From: Hadesarchaea archaeon
GTDB lineage: Archaea > Hadarchaeota > Hadarchaeia > Hadarchaeales > Hadarchaeaceae
Direction of reading: 5' to 3'
DNA: 64,000 bases
Assembly: GCA_029259175.1 (NCBI GenBank)
Contig: JAPDJH010000004.1
Location: forward strand, 64,001 to 128,000
Under the pieces are notes generated by a model. The model made no database searches. It was not told the origin of the DNA and was given only the letters and a program-made list of their open reading frames with translations. The translations under genes were made by a program, and so were the position numbers. Shown here piece by piece: positions 1 through 9,715 of the stretch; the stretch's first letter is position 1; each line of letters starts with the position of its first letter.

Positions 1-83
1 TCGAATACGTCGTATCTGCATGCATCAAGAATTATCAGGTTATCCCAATTAAACCGCATTATATGGGAGACTTGAGCCTCCAT
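1..83 (-). CDS. 5' part of an alkaline-phosphatase/sulfatase-like protein (runs off the window), paralog of 4678..5634
   Basis: Manual translation MEAQVSHIMRFNWDNLIILDACRYDVF shares the WDxLIILDACRYD motif with the 4678 ORF; GGAGG Shine-Dalgarno upstream. Confidence 0.75.
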   Translation of the reverse strand, partial: MEAQVSHIMRFNWDNLIILDACRYDVF

Positions 84-152
84 AGTGTTTATCCCTCCTA
101 ACATCGTGCTCTAAAGTCTTATAATGATCTGATGTTTATGTGTTTTGAAATC

Positions 153-1211
153 ATGAAAGCTCTTGTCCTTAGTGGCGGAAAAGGAACTCGCTTGCGTCCC
201 CTCACTTTCACTACAGCAAAGCAACTAATTCCCATAGCTAACAAACCCATTTTGGGTTATGTTCTTGACAGAATCTCAGAAGCCGGAATCAAAGAAGTTG
301 GTGTCGTAATTGCTCCCGAGACCGGCGCAGATGTCAAACGATACGTGGGCGACGGCTCAGATTGGGGATTGAGAGTTTCTTATATAGTCCAAGAACCACT
401 GGGGCTCGCACATGCGGTGAAAGTATCGCGCGGGTTTTTGGGGAATGATGACTTTTTAATGCATCTGGGAGACAACCTTTTAAAGAAAAATCTGGGAGAG
501 CTAATTGACAAATTCGAATCTGAGAAGCCTGATGCCTTAATCCTGCTAAAGGAGGTCGAGGATCCAACAAAATTCGGAGTGGTGGTTCTGGACAACAAAG
601 GAAATGTTGTGAAACTCGTGGAAAAACCCAAACAGCCACCGAGTAAGCTAGGATTGGTGGGAGTTTATCTTTTCTCGAACAAAATCCATTCTGCGATAGA
701 TGAAATCAAACCGTCGTGGCGAGGAGAGCTGGAGATTACTGACGCCATCCAGAAACTCGTTGACAAAGGATGCTTCGTGAAAGCCGAGATACTAGATTCT
801 TGGTGGCTAGATACCGGAAAAAAAGATGATGTCCTCGCTGCCAATGCTCTTGTTTTGGACGAATACATTCAGCGAGACGTTAAGGGAGAAGCCATTGGTA
901 GCACGATTGAAGGCAGAGTTAGTGTTGGTTCGGGGACTAAAATCATCGGAAGCGTTGTCAGAGGCCCCTGTGTAATCGGAAAAAAATGCATAATTGAGAA
1001 TTCATTCATCGGACCATATACGAGCGTTGGGGACGAATGCTTAATCAAGAACAGCTCCATCAACTATTCCATCATAATGGAGAGAACAATTATTGAAGGT
1101 GTTGAAACATTGGAGGAATGTTTGATAGGGCGAAATTGCAGAATCCGAAGCGAAGACCGTTCAAAAACGTTTAAGTTGTGTGTTGGGGATTATAGTGAGG
1201 TGAAAATTTGA
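153..1211 (+). CDS. rmlA: glucose-1-phosphate thymidylyltransferase (long form)
   Basis: KALVLSGGKGTRLRPLT, KQLIPIANKP, EKP, WLDTG motifs and C-terminal hexapeptide repeats. Confidence 0.92.
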   Translation: MKALVLSGGKGTRLRPLTFTTAKQLIPIANKPILGYVLDRISEAGIKEVGVVIAPETGADVKRYVGDGSDWGLRVSYIVQEPLGLAHAVKVSRGFLGNDDFLMHLGDNLLKKNLGELIDKFESEKPDALILLKEVEDPTKFGVVVLDNKGNVVKLVEKPKQPPSKLGLVGVYLFSNKIHSAIDEIKPSWRGELEITDAIQKLVDKGCFVKAEILDSWWLDTGKKDDVLAANALVLDEYIQRDVKGEAIGSTIEGRVSVGSGTKIIGSVVRGPCVIGKKCIIENSFIGPYTSVGDECLIKNSSINYSIIMERTIIEGVETLEECLIGRNCRIRSEDRSKTFKLCVGDYSEVKI

Positions 1212-1738
1212 GCGATCTCGGTCTCAAAGGAGTGCGAGTCATCGATTTAAAGCGGATTCCAGACGAACGCGGATTTTTCTGCGAAGCCCTTCGAAAGGAC
1301 TGGCAGAAGTTTTTAGAAAACGAATGGATTGAGCAGGCCAACATAAGCTATAGTTATCCCAACGTGGTGCGGGCATGGCACAGGCACCACCGCGGACAAG
1401 TTGACTATTTCTTAGTATTACAAGGAGCCATGAAAATATGTGCCTACGATGACGAAGAAGGATCGGAAACCAAGAACCATCTAGTAGAAATCTTCTGCAC
1501 AGAACATAGACCACAACTTGTAAGGATTCCAGGCCACTACTGGCACGGTACTAAAACCGTGGGAAATAGACCATCTCTCACAGTATATTTCGTGACAAAA
1601 TTATACGATTACAAAAACCCAGACGAAGAACGGAGGCCTTGGAACGATCCAAGCGTGGTTCCAATTTGTATAAATGGAAAAAAAGACGATCCACGCGTAG
1701 GAAAGCCATGGGATTGGTTTTATCCCGTGCATAAATGA
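1208..1738 (+). CDS. rmlC: dTDP-4-dehydrorhamnose 3,5-epimerase
   Basis: DERGFF, RAWHxH, cupin IPGHYWHG; overlaps rmlA stop. Confidence 0.88.
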   Translation: MSDLGLKGVRVIDLKRIPDERGFFCEALRKDWQKFLENEWIEQANISYSYPNVVRAWHRHHRGQVDYFLVLQGAMKICAYDDEEGSETKNHLVEIFCTEHRPQLVRIPGHYWHGTKTVGNRPSLTVYFVTKLYDYKNPDEERRPWNDPSVVPICINGKKDDPRVGKPWDWFYPVHK

Positions 1739-2655
1739 CCATGCCGACAGTTCTCCTTACCGGCGTCAGCAGTTTGCCTGGCTACCAAACCGCCATTCAC
1801 TTGCTTCGCCTAGGTTATCAGGTCGTTGGAATTTACTTTAAAAACAAAATAAGGCTTGACCACCAAAATTTTAAACTAAAAAAGGCAGACATCACAAACC
1901 CCGGACTAATCACCAAGCTCGTAAAGAAAATCCAACCTGAAGTTATTGTCCACATGGCCGCACTGGGGAATGTAGATCTTTGCGAGACCGAGAAAAAGCT
2001 AGCATGGCGTACCAACACCTTGGCGTCTGCTCACTTAGCACGTCTGGCTTCAAGATACTCGCCTCAGTTTCTCTATCTCTCGACTGATTTCGTTTTTCCG
2101 GGCAAGGACGGAAATTATAGGGAGCTAGATCCACCAAATCCAATTAATTATTATGGACTCAGCAAACTTGGGGGGGAAATCGCTACTTTGAGTTCGAACA
2201 CCACTTGGGCAGTCGTCAGGGCAAGCTCGATATATGGTTTTGGGCCAGGTAGGAAAAATTTTGCGAAATTTTTGGTAGAGCGGCTTTCTCAGGGGCTGAA
2301 AGTCGGAGCACTCGTGGATCAGTACACTACACCCACTCAAGCTTCTCTGCTGGCAAAAGCGGTGTGTGAAATCATAGAAAGAAAACTCTGCGGGTTCTTC
2401 CACGTTGTAGGGGAGCGAATGAGCAGATATGAATTTGCCATAAAAGTGGCGAGCACGTTGGGTTTCGATAGATCACTTATCCAAAAAGCATATGTTAAAG
2501 ACATGAAATGGGTTGCAAAAAGACCGATCGATTCTAGTCTGAACTGTGAAAGAACTAGAAAGCTCCTCAAAACGAAGTTCTATTCGAGCTCCATCGCTTT
2601 TAGGGTTCTCAAGGAAGAGTACCAAGCAGTTATTAAGACCCCAAAAGCAAACTAA
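1735..2655 (+). CDS. rmlD: dTDP-4-dehydrorhamnose reductase
   Basis: STDFVF, PINYYGLSK, DQYTTPT, RP motif. Confidence 0.88.
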   Translation: MTMPTVLLTGVSSLPGYQTAIHLLRLGYQVVGIYFKNKIRLDHQNFKLKKADITNPGLITKLVKKIQPEVIVHMAALGNVDLCETEKKLAWRTNTLASAHLARLASRYSPQFLYLSTDFVFPGKDGNYRELDPPNPINYYGLSKLGGEIATLSSNTTWAVVRASSIYGFGPGRKNFAKFLVERLSQGLKVGALVDQYTTPTQASLLAKAVCEIIERKLCGFFHVVGERMSRYEFAIKVASTLGFDRSLIQKAYVKDMKWVAKRPIDSSLNCERTRKLLKTKFYSSSIAFRVLKEEYQAVIKTPKAN

Positions 2656-2659
2656 TGTG

Positions 2660-3643
2660 ATGAACATTCTTGTCACAGGTGGTGCAGGTTACATAGGGTC
2701 TGTCTTAGTGCGGGATCTCGTGAAAGAAGGTTACAACGTAAAATGCTTAGACCGATTCTTTTTTGGAAAATCTTCGTTATCGGAGCTAACAGATCAAATC
2801 GAAATAATTGAGGGCGACACCAGAAACTTTGACCCGAAAATTCTGAGAAATACAGATGTTGTCATCGATCTAGCCGCCATAGCTCAGCCCGATCCAGCGG
2901 GACTGGTAGATCCCCTAAAATTTTACGATATAAACTACTTGGGCCCTGTGAGAGTGGCCACTCTTAGCAAAAAGGCGGGGGTGCAACGATACATTTTCCC
3001 TTCCACATGCAGCACTTATGGGTGTCAAAACATCGTGCTCGACGAAAATTCCCCTTTAAAACCTTTGGAAATATACGCTGAAACCAAAAGCATGGCTGAA
3101 AAAGCCGTTTTGAGTCTCTCAGACGATAAATTTTGTGTAACCAGCCTCCGATTAGGAACCGTTTACGGAGTTTCACCGAAGATGAGATTCGATCTCGTGC
3201 TGAATGGAATGACTTTATCTCTTTTCAAAACGGGAGTGATAAAAGTCATGCGAGATGGTAATCAAGTGAGACCGATTGTACACGTAAGAGATGTGGCTAG
3301 AGCCATTCTCACGGTAATCGAAGCCGACATGGACAAGATACGAGGAGAAGTTTTCAATGTAGGATCCAATGATCAAAATTTCAAAGTGTTGGAACTAGCA
3401 AAGCTCATAGGTGATTCTATCGGGATAGATTATAAGATCGAATGGTATGGAGACCCGGATACCAGATCCTACCGAGTTAGCTTTGACAAAATATACAACG
3501 TTTTAGGATTTAGGGCAAAATTTTCTGCACAAGAAGGTGCAAAAGAGGTTTACGAGGCACTACAAGAGGGCAAAATAGAAGATTCAGAAAAGACTCGAGT
3601 CATCAGGTGGTATAAACATCTTCAAGACCAGGGCATCCTCTGA
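2660..3643 (+). CDS. NAD-dependent epimerase/dehydratase (extended SDR)
   Basis: TGGAGYIG, YAETK, RFDLVLN; ATG at 2660 just after rmlD stop. Confidence 0.85.
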   Translation: MNILVTGGAGYIGSVLVRDLVKEGYNVKCLDRFFFGKSSLSELTDQIEIIEGDTRNFDPKILRNTDVVIDLAAIAQPDPAGLVDPLKFYDINYLGPVRVATLSKKAGVQRYIFPSTCSTYGCQNIVLDENSPLKPLEIYAETKSMAEKAVLSLSDDKFCVTSLRLGTVYGVSPKMRFDLVLNGMTLSLFKTGVIKVMRDGNQVRPIVHVRDVARAILTVIEADMDKIRGEVFNVGSNDQNFKVLELAKLIGDSIGIDYKIEWYGDPDTRSYRVSFDKIYNVLGFRAKFSAQEGAKEVYEALQEGKIEDSEKTRVIRWYKHLQDQGIL

Positions 3644-3659
3644 CTCTTCATGTGGTAGA

Positions 3660-4673
3660 ATGAAAACTCGCTGGCCTAATGTTGCAATAATAATCCTCAA
3701 CTGGGAGGGAGCTCAAGACACCATTGAATGTTTGGAGTCTGTTTTTCAGATCACTTATCCTAACTACGGGGTAATAGTTGTGGATAATGGTTCACGAGAT
3801 GATTCTATAGAGCAGATCAAAAGATATGCAGCAGGAGAGATCATCCCTCGGTCGAAATTTGTAAAACCTGTTTCCACGTTCAAACCCGTAAAAGTAATCG
3901 AACTTGAGGAGGATAAAGCGTTAAGAGAGGGAATAAAAGTGAAAGCCCCGCTGTCTAACAGAAAGATGATTCTCATTAAAAACAGGGATAATTACGGTTT
4001 TCCTAAAGGAAACAATATAGGAATAAAATTTGCCCTGCGCTGTATGAAGCCAAAATACCTCCTTCTTCTAAATAATGATACTGTGGTGGCCAAAGACTTT
4101 CTTGAGGAAATGGTAAAGGTGGGAGAAAAATACGGCCGAATAGGCATTCTCGGTCCAACACTTTATCATTATGCCTCTCCAAGCGAGATCTGGGCCCCAC
4201 CCATATTTGCCGGGAAAACTCCACCCAAAAAGCCGTTGAAAGTGCCATATACACAACTTTGGGGCACCGCTTTGCTTATAAAATCAGTAGTTTTTCAAAA
4301 AGTCGGCTTATTGGATGAAAGTTACTTCCTTTACGGAGAGGAAAGTGACTTCTGCCTGCGAACATCGAAGTTTTTTGACCTTTACTATTGCCCGTCCTCT
4401 AGGGTGTGGCACAAAACTACTACCCCAGCAGATTGGGGTTCTCATCGATATTATTACGAGTGTAGGAACCTATTTTACTTAGAAAAGAAATATTTCGGGG
4501 TTTTGCGAGCATTTAGATTCTTGGGCTCCTATTTGCTAACTGAAGTTCTGCCCTATCTAAAATACTTCAAATTTCAGCACGTGCGGATGTTGATCAGAGG
4601 AATTATCGATGGGATCGAAGGAAAAAGAGGGAAAATTGAGAAACCAGAAAAGCCCCACAAAACGCTAAGGTGA
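3660..4673 (+). CDS. glycosyltransferase family 2 (rhamnosyltransferase-like)
   Basis: IIILNW, VVDNGS, LLLNND, YFLYGEESDFC. Confidence 0.88.
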   Translation: MKTRWPNVAIIILNWEGAQDTIECLESVFQITYPNYGVIVVDNGSRDDSIEQIKRYAAGEIIPRSKFVKPVSTFKPVKVIELEEDKALREGIKVKAPLSNRKMILIKNRDNYGFPKGNNIGIKFALRCMKPKYLLLLNNDTVVAKDFLEEMVKVGEKYGRIGILGPTLYHYASPSEIWAPPIFAGKTPPKKPLKVPYTQLWGTALLIKSVVFQKVGLLDESYFLYGEESDFCLRTSKFFDLYYCPSSRVWHKTTTPADWGSHRYYYECRNLFYLEKKYFGVLRAFRFLGSYLLTEVLPYLKYFKFQHVRMLIRGIIDGIEGKRGKIEKPEKPHKTLR

Positions 4674-4677
4674 TAAT

Positions 4678-5634
4678 GTGATCGAAAGTCAGAAAAAACT
4701 TATCGATAAGTTAGACTGGGACCATCTCATTATCTTAGACGCTTGCAGATATGATATATTCTCCGAAATATATTGCGAGTATCTGAGTGGGCAGCTAAAA
4801 AAGGTAAAATCTGCTGGCTCGTGTACTCTCGAATGGCTCAAAAAAACATGGGGGGGCCGAAATTACAAGAATGTTGTATATATCTCAGCCAATCCTTACT
4901 GTAACTCCTCCGAAGTAAAGATATTTGGATTTCGAGCAAAGGACCACTTTCATAAAATAATTGATGTTTGGGACTTTGGGTGGGACACCGAAGTAAATAC
5001 TGTGCGGCCGGAGACCGTACTTAGAGAAACAAAGCGCGCCCTAGAGCAGTACCCTTCCAAGAAATTCGTGATTCATTATGCGCAGCCCCATCCTCCTTTT
5101 CTGAAGGGGTACGAACTCCAAGGAATCGGCATACTAGCAAATACCTTAATTAAAAAACTCAATCTCCTTCACTCCGGAGGCGCGGCTCAGGTGGGACTAC
5201 ACCAAACAAACATACGAGATGTTATTGGAGGGAAACTAATTAGAACTCTTGGATATGGTGTCACTGCTAAAATCAAGAATCTGTTAGGATTGCCCGCTGG
5301 GGCGGTCTGGGACGTGTGGTTCAGGTTTGGGCCCGATAAAGTGAAAGAATTCTACGAGGACAACTTGAGGAGAGCTCTTAAATGCGTTAAGAAATCTCTG
5401 AACTTTCTTGATGGAAAAATAATAATAACTTCTGATCACGGAGAAATCTTTCCGATAGAAATTGAAAAGTTGGATTCGCGAGTGAAAAAAGGATTTTTGC
5501 GAGCGAAATTAAGGCCGTATAAAACGATCGGCGAATTTTATACACCAGATGGGAAAAAGATGGTGTTCGGGCATCCAGCTAATGTACGAATCCCGGTTTT
5601 GAGAGAAGTACCATGGTTTCAAATGAAAGCGTAA
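4678..5634 (+). CDS. alkaline-phosphatase/sulfatase-superfamily protein
   Basis: IILDACRYD, HYAQPHPPF, ITSDHGE, GH metal-ligand motifs. Confidence 0.75.
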   Translation: MIESQKKLIDKLDWDHLIILDACRYDIFSEIYCEYLSGQLKKVKSAGSCTLEWLKKTWGGRNYKNVVYISANPYCNSSEVKIFGFRAKDHFHKIIDVWDFGWDTEVNTVRPETVLRETKRALEQYPSKKFVIHYAQPHPPFLKGYELQGIGILANTLIKKLNLLHSGGAAQVGLHQTNIRDVIGGKLIRTLGYGVTAKIKNLLGLPAGAVWDVWFRFGPDKVKEFYEDNLRRALKCVKKSLNFLDGKIIITSDHGEIFPIEIEKLDSRVKKGFLRAKLRPYKTIGEFYTPDGKKMVFGHPANVRIPVLREVPWFQMKA

Positions 5635-5708
5635 TAAAAGTTGTAAACATCTTTATAGAGATTTTCCCGGAACTCCTTATAACTGATAGAAAGATATGAA
5701 AAATATGT

Positions 5709-7628
5709 ATGGGTGACAACAAAATTGTCGTTGTTCTCGAACACGAGAATCAGATCCGAGACTTCATCACAAAAAGAAAAACCAAGGGTAGAAAAATATT
5801 CTTGGCGGTCACACCCTTTGCCATGTATGAACTGGAAAAACTTGGGCGTAAACACAAAACACCAGAAGAATATTATGGCATCTCAGAATTGTACCGTCTA
5901 GGGATGAAGAATTATCGCAAAGTCGAAAGCATCTGTAAGATTATAGATAAGGAGATTCATGATGCGTGTCCGGTGCTGGCTCAACTCCACATCAACCCTG
6001 CTTGGTTTTCGTTCGCTGAGCTCAAGATAATATATGACACAGTGGCGATGCGGCTATTCACATTGTTCAAAATTGACCGTGCCGAGAATCCTGATTGCTT
6101 CATAGCATATGACACGAAGCGTTATCCGTTTGGTACCTCACAGTTGGCCCCAGGTTTGCGTTTTGATGGTCGAGAGTCCGTTTGGACACGTCTGCTTTCG
6201 CTTTCCGGGTGGAACTTTTACGTGAAAATACTTCCTCACCTCGAGTGGCCTGCTGGATCTTTTTTACCTAGAAAGGAATCTCTAAGCGTCCGCACCATTC
6301 TTGAAGATATGATGGTAAAAGCGACATTGCCATTCCCTCGCTTATATGATGTAGTCACTGCGGTGCACGAATATGGATGGCACGGTCTTCTTAGAGGTCT
6401 AAAAGACTTGATTCAGGAAAAAGAGAGAGTGTTATTGTTCGGCTCTAGCTGGGATTGGGACAGATGTAGAGAAGAGTTTGAAAAGATAGGGATTAGCCCA
6501 AACTTTTACAGATTGCGGTCTGACCTACAATACTATCTTAACAAACCGAGGGATTCAGGCACGGACAAGGCTCTGCGTTCGACTTGGGAGAAAATAAAGC
6601 AGATGCCTAAATTCCGCCGTTTGTTTATTTTTAAGGGTTTAGACTTCTTTCCGGTTCTTGAAGATAGATTCCAATTTCTAATTGAAAAGTTGCCATATGC
6701 CTGTCTAAACGCTTACAGAAGAACCGAAGAAATATTGAAGCGCAAAAAAGTAAGGGCATTATTGGTTAACACTTTATCCTCATGTACATACCGCTCTGCG
6801 GCCCAAGCGGCCAGAAACAATGATGTGCCAGTCATAGATTGGCAACATGGGGCTTTTGGTTTTTCACCGCATCCGATAATTCACTATACAGATATTGCCG
6901 CATCAGATATTTTCATCACATATGGTGAAGGAGTGGCCAAGCAATTTAGTTCCGTTGCTAAACGATTCAATACAAAAATCGTGCCACTAGGTTCTGCATA
7001 CCTGGCAGAAATAAGGCAACAAGCGATAACGAAAAGCAAAAAATCGCGGTTTGAAAAGGTTGCTTTATATGCCACGACCGCTTATTTTGGCCACACCTTT
7101 TACGTCTCTACCTTTCCACCCTTTGTTGACACCGCATTTTGGAATGTGCAAAAAACCATACTTGCAACGCTGGCTAAAAGTAAAGGGTGGAAAATAATAG
7201 TGAAGCTTCATCCTAGCTATCTTGTGAGACAGTCGCCATTACCACAATACGCGCAAGATAACAATTTTACAAACTGCGTTTTTTTTGGAAGAGAACGGCG
7301 TTTTACCGATTTGATGTTCATCGCAGACGTGATTATCATGGATATTCCACAGACCCCCTTACTCGAAGCATTGACTACCGACGTGCCTGTGTTCGTATAT
7401 ACGGGCTCTCTACATCTCGACAGCTTTGCTGAAAGATTACTTCGTCAAAGAGCATATTGTTATCGAAATCTTAATGCAATGATAAGAGATTTGAGCAAAT
7501 ATCTGGCGGGAGAAAAGTTAAAGAAAAAGGCATCCGTACACAATACACAATTTCTGAAAGCCTATGGTATTGGGCCCTCCTGGAAAAAAATAAAAAAGCT
7601 AGCTGCAGAGATAGTGAAAGCTTCCTAA
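5709..7628 (+). CDS. large hypothetical protein with GT-B-like C-terminus, possible nonulosonate transferase
   Basis: 639-aa ORF with DWQHG and KLHP motifs, EALxxxVPV; glycan-locus context. Confidence 0.5.
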   Translation: MGDNKIVVVLEHENQIRDFITKRKTKGRKIFLAVTPFAMYELEKLGRKHKTPEEYYGISELYRLGMKNYRKVESICKIIDKEIHDACPVLAQLHINPAWFSFAELKIIYDTVAMRLFTLFKIDRAENPDCFIAYDTKRYPFGTSQLAPGLRFDGRESVWTRLLSLSGWNFYVKILPHLEWPAGSFLPRKESLSVRTILEDMMVKATLPFPRLYDVVTAVHEYGWHGLLRGLKDLIQEKERVLLFGSSWDWDRCREEFEKIGISPNFYRLRSDLQYYLNKPRDSGTDKALRSTWEKIKQMPKFRRLFIFKGLDFFPVLEDRFQFLIEKLPYACLNAYRRTEEILKRKKVRALLVNTLSSCTYRSAAQAARNNDVPVIDWQHGAFGFSPHPIIHYTDIAASDIFITYGEGVAKQFSSVAKRFNTKIVPLGSAYLAEIRQQAITKSKKSRFEKVALYATTAYFGHTFYVSTFPPFVDTAFWNVQKTILATLAKSKGWKIIVKLHPSYLVRQSPLPQYAQDNNFTNCVFFGRERRFTDLMFIADVIIMDIPQTPLLEALTTDVPVFVYTGSLHLDSFAERLLRQRAYCYRNLNAMIRDLSKYLAGEKLKKKASVHNTQFLKAYGIGPSWKKIKKLAAEIVKAS

Positions 7629-9715
7629 TCTAACATTCTCTTAAAGATCTCCATTTTTACACGTTTGATCTTGGCTTTTTCGTTTGGTCCTATCTTCTCG
7701 AGCAAGCGTCCAGTACCGTCCGCTATTCCTATGACTCTAGTAGGATTAGAGATTGAATCCACAACGACGTCACCTTTTTCACCTACAAGTCCTCCAGCTA
7801 CGACAGGCACACCAGCAATCTTTTTGTATCCGGCGTTTTTCTCTACTACTTCATCGGTTTCCAATACGTTTACTACTTCGCCTGAAAGACCAGCACGCAT
7901 ATCAACTCTATAGATGTTTATATGTTTCCTATGTGCGGCCCTCACGGCATCGGGTGTTATGGATCCTACTGCTGCATCCAAAATTAATGTATTGGGTCTC
8001 AAATTGCGAACTATTTTCTCATTTATTATGGGTTTTCGTAACGCAAAACTGATAAGTATGTCAATTTTGTTACAAATTCGTGGTAAATCAGTAGCAAAAT
8101 TTATAATCCGGGATCCCTCTTTTTTAAGTAAATTTAAGGCTTCAACTCCTCTTTGGAGCTTTTCTTTATCTGGATCCCATAAAATTATTTCACCGCCGCG
8201 CTCAGCCAAATTTAGCGTTAGTTTGAAGCTTAACGAGTTACATCCGCATATTAAGATTTTTTTGCCGTTTATTTCTGTGAGTCGAGACAAAAGAGTTGCA
8301 ACAGCGTTGACCCAAGCATCGGTCTCTTTATATAAAAGTATTTTACTTTTCGTAATCTCTTTTTTCAGGGTTTCATATAATCTAGGCGCTCTGACAATGC
8401 TTTCGGCATCCAATAGAATAAAGTCAACAAATCCATCGGCTGTTCTTGCGACTTCTATGGCCTGTTTTTCAGTGAGAAGCTCGGCGTTTCCAATGATATT
8501 TGTTGCACTTTCACGAACAACCGGAAAAACAGGCGATTTTCTAGGTTTCAATGTAAGAGAAATCGTTAAAACACTCTCCTTATGCTTTTTCTTTGAAAGA
8601 GATTGCAACTCAGAGGCGATCCTTTTAGCTGCAGCCCGAATAGTTGGGATGGAAAAATCTCCCACTTTGAAATATGTTTTTAAATCTTTTTCAGAAAGTT
8701 TTAATGTTCTTAGTTTTTGTTTTTCTTTTTTTAACTCTCTGGCGGCGGACATCGCCAATTCTTCAGACACGTGGACAACATCTTTTTCTGAGACTTTGAT
8801 GATGAGTTCTCTTGGATCTATGCCATACTTTTTTGCTGCTTTATAGACATTTTTCAAAAATTTTGAGTGGAAGAAAGCATACCCAGCGGTGATATCGATA
8901 GGACTCACTCCTTTCTCTCTAAGAAGAGGTCTAATTAACTTTTCGCTTAAATCCATTATTTTATGAATATCAATTCCAAGATCATAACCCATCTTTTTGA
9001 GAATCGTTAATAAAATTTCAGTACAAGCATTGCCACCGCTTCTTCCAATCCCCTGCATAGAACAATCCAGAATAGTTGCACCCACTTCTAAAGCTGCCAA
9101 ACAATTTGCGTGAACTAATGAGAGATTATTATGACCATGAAAGCCTATTCGAACATTGGTAGCTTCTCGGACAGCGTTCACGTATGTTTTCACATCAGAC
9201 GGAAGCATGCCTCCAGCTGAGTCCACGATAGTGACCACATCTGCGCCCCAAGTCTCAGCCATTTTCGCACATTCGGCTAATTTCTTAGGTTTCAGTGCAT
9301 AAGATTTCATTAAGTTTGAAAACACATACATGTCCAATCTTTTAGCATATTTGATGTAAGGTTCAGCACGATGAATTTCTGGAGCGTTCGTACCGATTCT
9401 AACAAAATCCATTCCATAGTCGGAAGCCAATTTTAAATCTCGTTTGCGCCCTATGCCCGGAATAAAGAACATGCCGAATTTGGCTTTTTTGAGAACACTG
9501 GATGCCGCTTCTAAATATTCCTCATCGGTTGCGGCGGCTTTTCCTTCTCCAGCATTAGAAGCGTTTAACCCTAGACCGTGTCCAATTTCAATAAGTCGGA
9601 TGCCTGCTTTTTCCAATCCTGCCACAATAACAGCTGTATCCTCCGCCGTGAACTGAAAATCTATAACATAACTACCGTCTCGCAAAGTACACTCTAGTAA
9701 GTCTAACCTTTTCAT
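7625..9715 (-). CDS. 4-hydroxy-2-oxovalerate aldolase-like (DRE-TIM/HMGL-like) enzyme with ~350-aa C-terminal extension containing a Rossmann-like fold
   Basis: TLRDGSY, EIGHGLGL, HGHNN, GNACTE; C-terminal KKILICGCNSL; ATG at 9715 overlaps upstream stop (ATGA). Confidence 0.8.
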   Translation of the reverse strand: MKRLDLLECTLRDGSYVIDFQFTAEDTAVIVAGLEKAGIRLIEIGHGLGLNASNAGEGKAAATDEEYLEAASSVLKKAKFGMFFIPGIGRKRDLKLASDYGMDFVRIGTNAPEIHRAEPYIKYAKRLDMYVFSNLMKSYALKPKKLAECAKMAETWGADVVTIVDSAGGMLPSDVKTYVNAVREATNVRIGFHGHNNLSLVHANCLAALEVGATILDCSMQGIGRSGGNACTEILLTILKKMGYDLGIDIHKIMDLSEKLIRPLLREKGVSPIDITAGYAFFHSKFLKNVYKAAKKYGIDPRELIIKVSEKDVVHVSEELAMSAARELKKEKQKLRTLKLSEKDLKTYFKVGDFSIPTIRAAAKRIASELQSLSKKKHKESVLTISLTLKPRKSPVFPVVRESATNIIGNAELLTEKQAIEVARTADGFVDFILLDAESIVRAPRLYETLKKEITKSKILLYKETDAWVNAVATLLSRLTEINGKKILICGCNSLSFKLTLNLAERGGEIILWDPDKEKLQRGVEALNLLKKEGSRIINFATDLPRICNKIDILISFALRKPIINEKIVRNLRPNTLILDAAVGSITPDAVRAAHRKHINIYRVDMRAGLSGEVVNVLETDEVVEKNAGYKKIAGVPVVAGGLVGEKGDVVVDSISNPTRVIGIADGTGRLLEKIGPNEKAKIKRVKMEIFKRMLD

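Noticed and set aside
7914-8846. 310-aa + strand ORF
   Set aside because: Antisense shadow of the aldolase fusion; no motifs.
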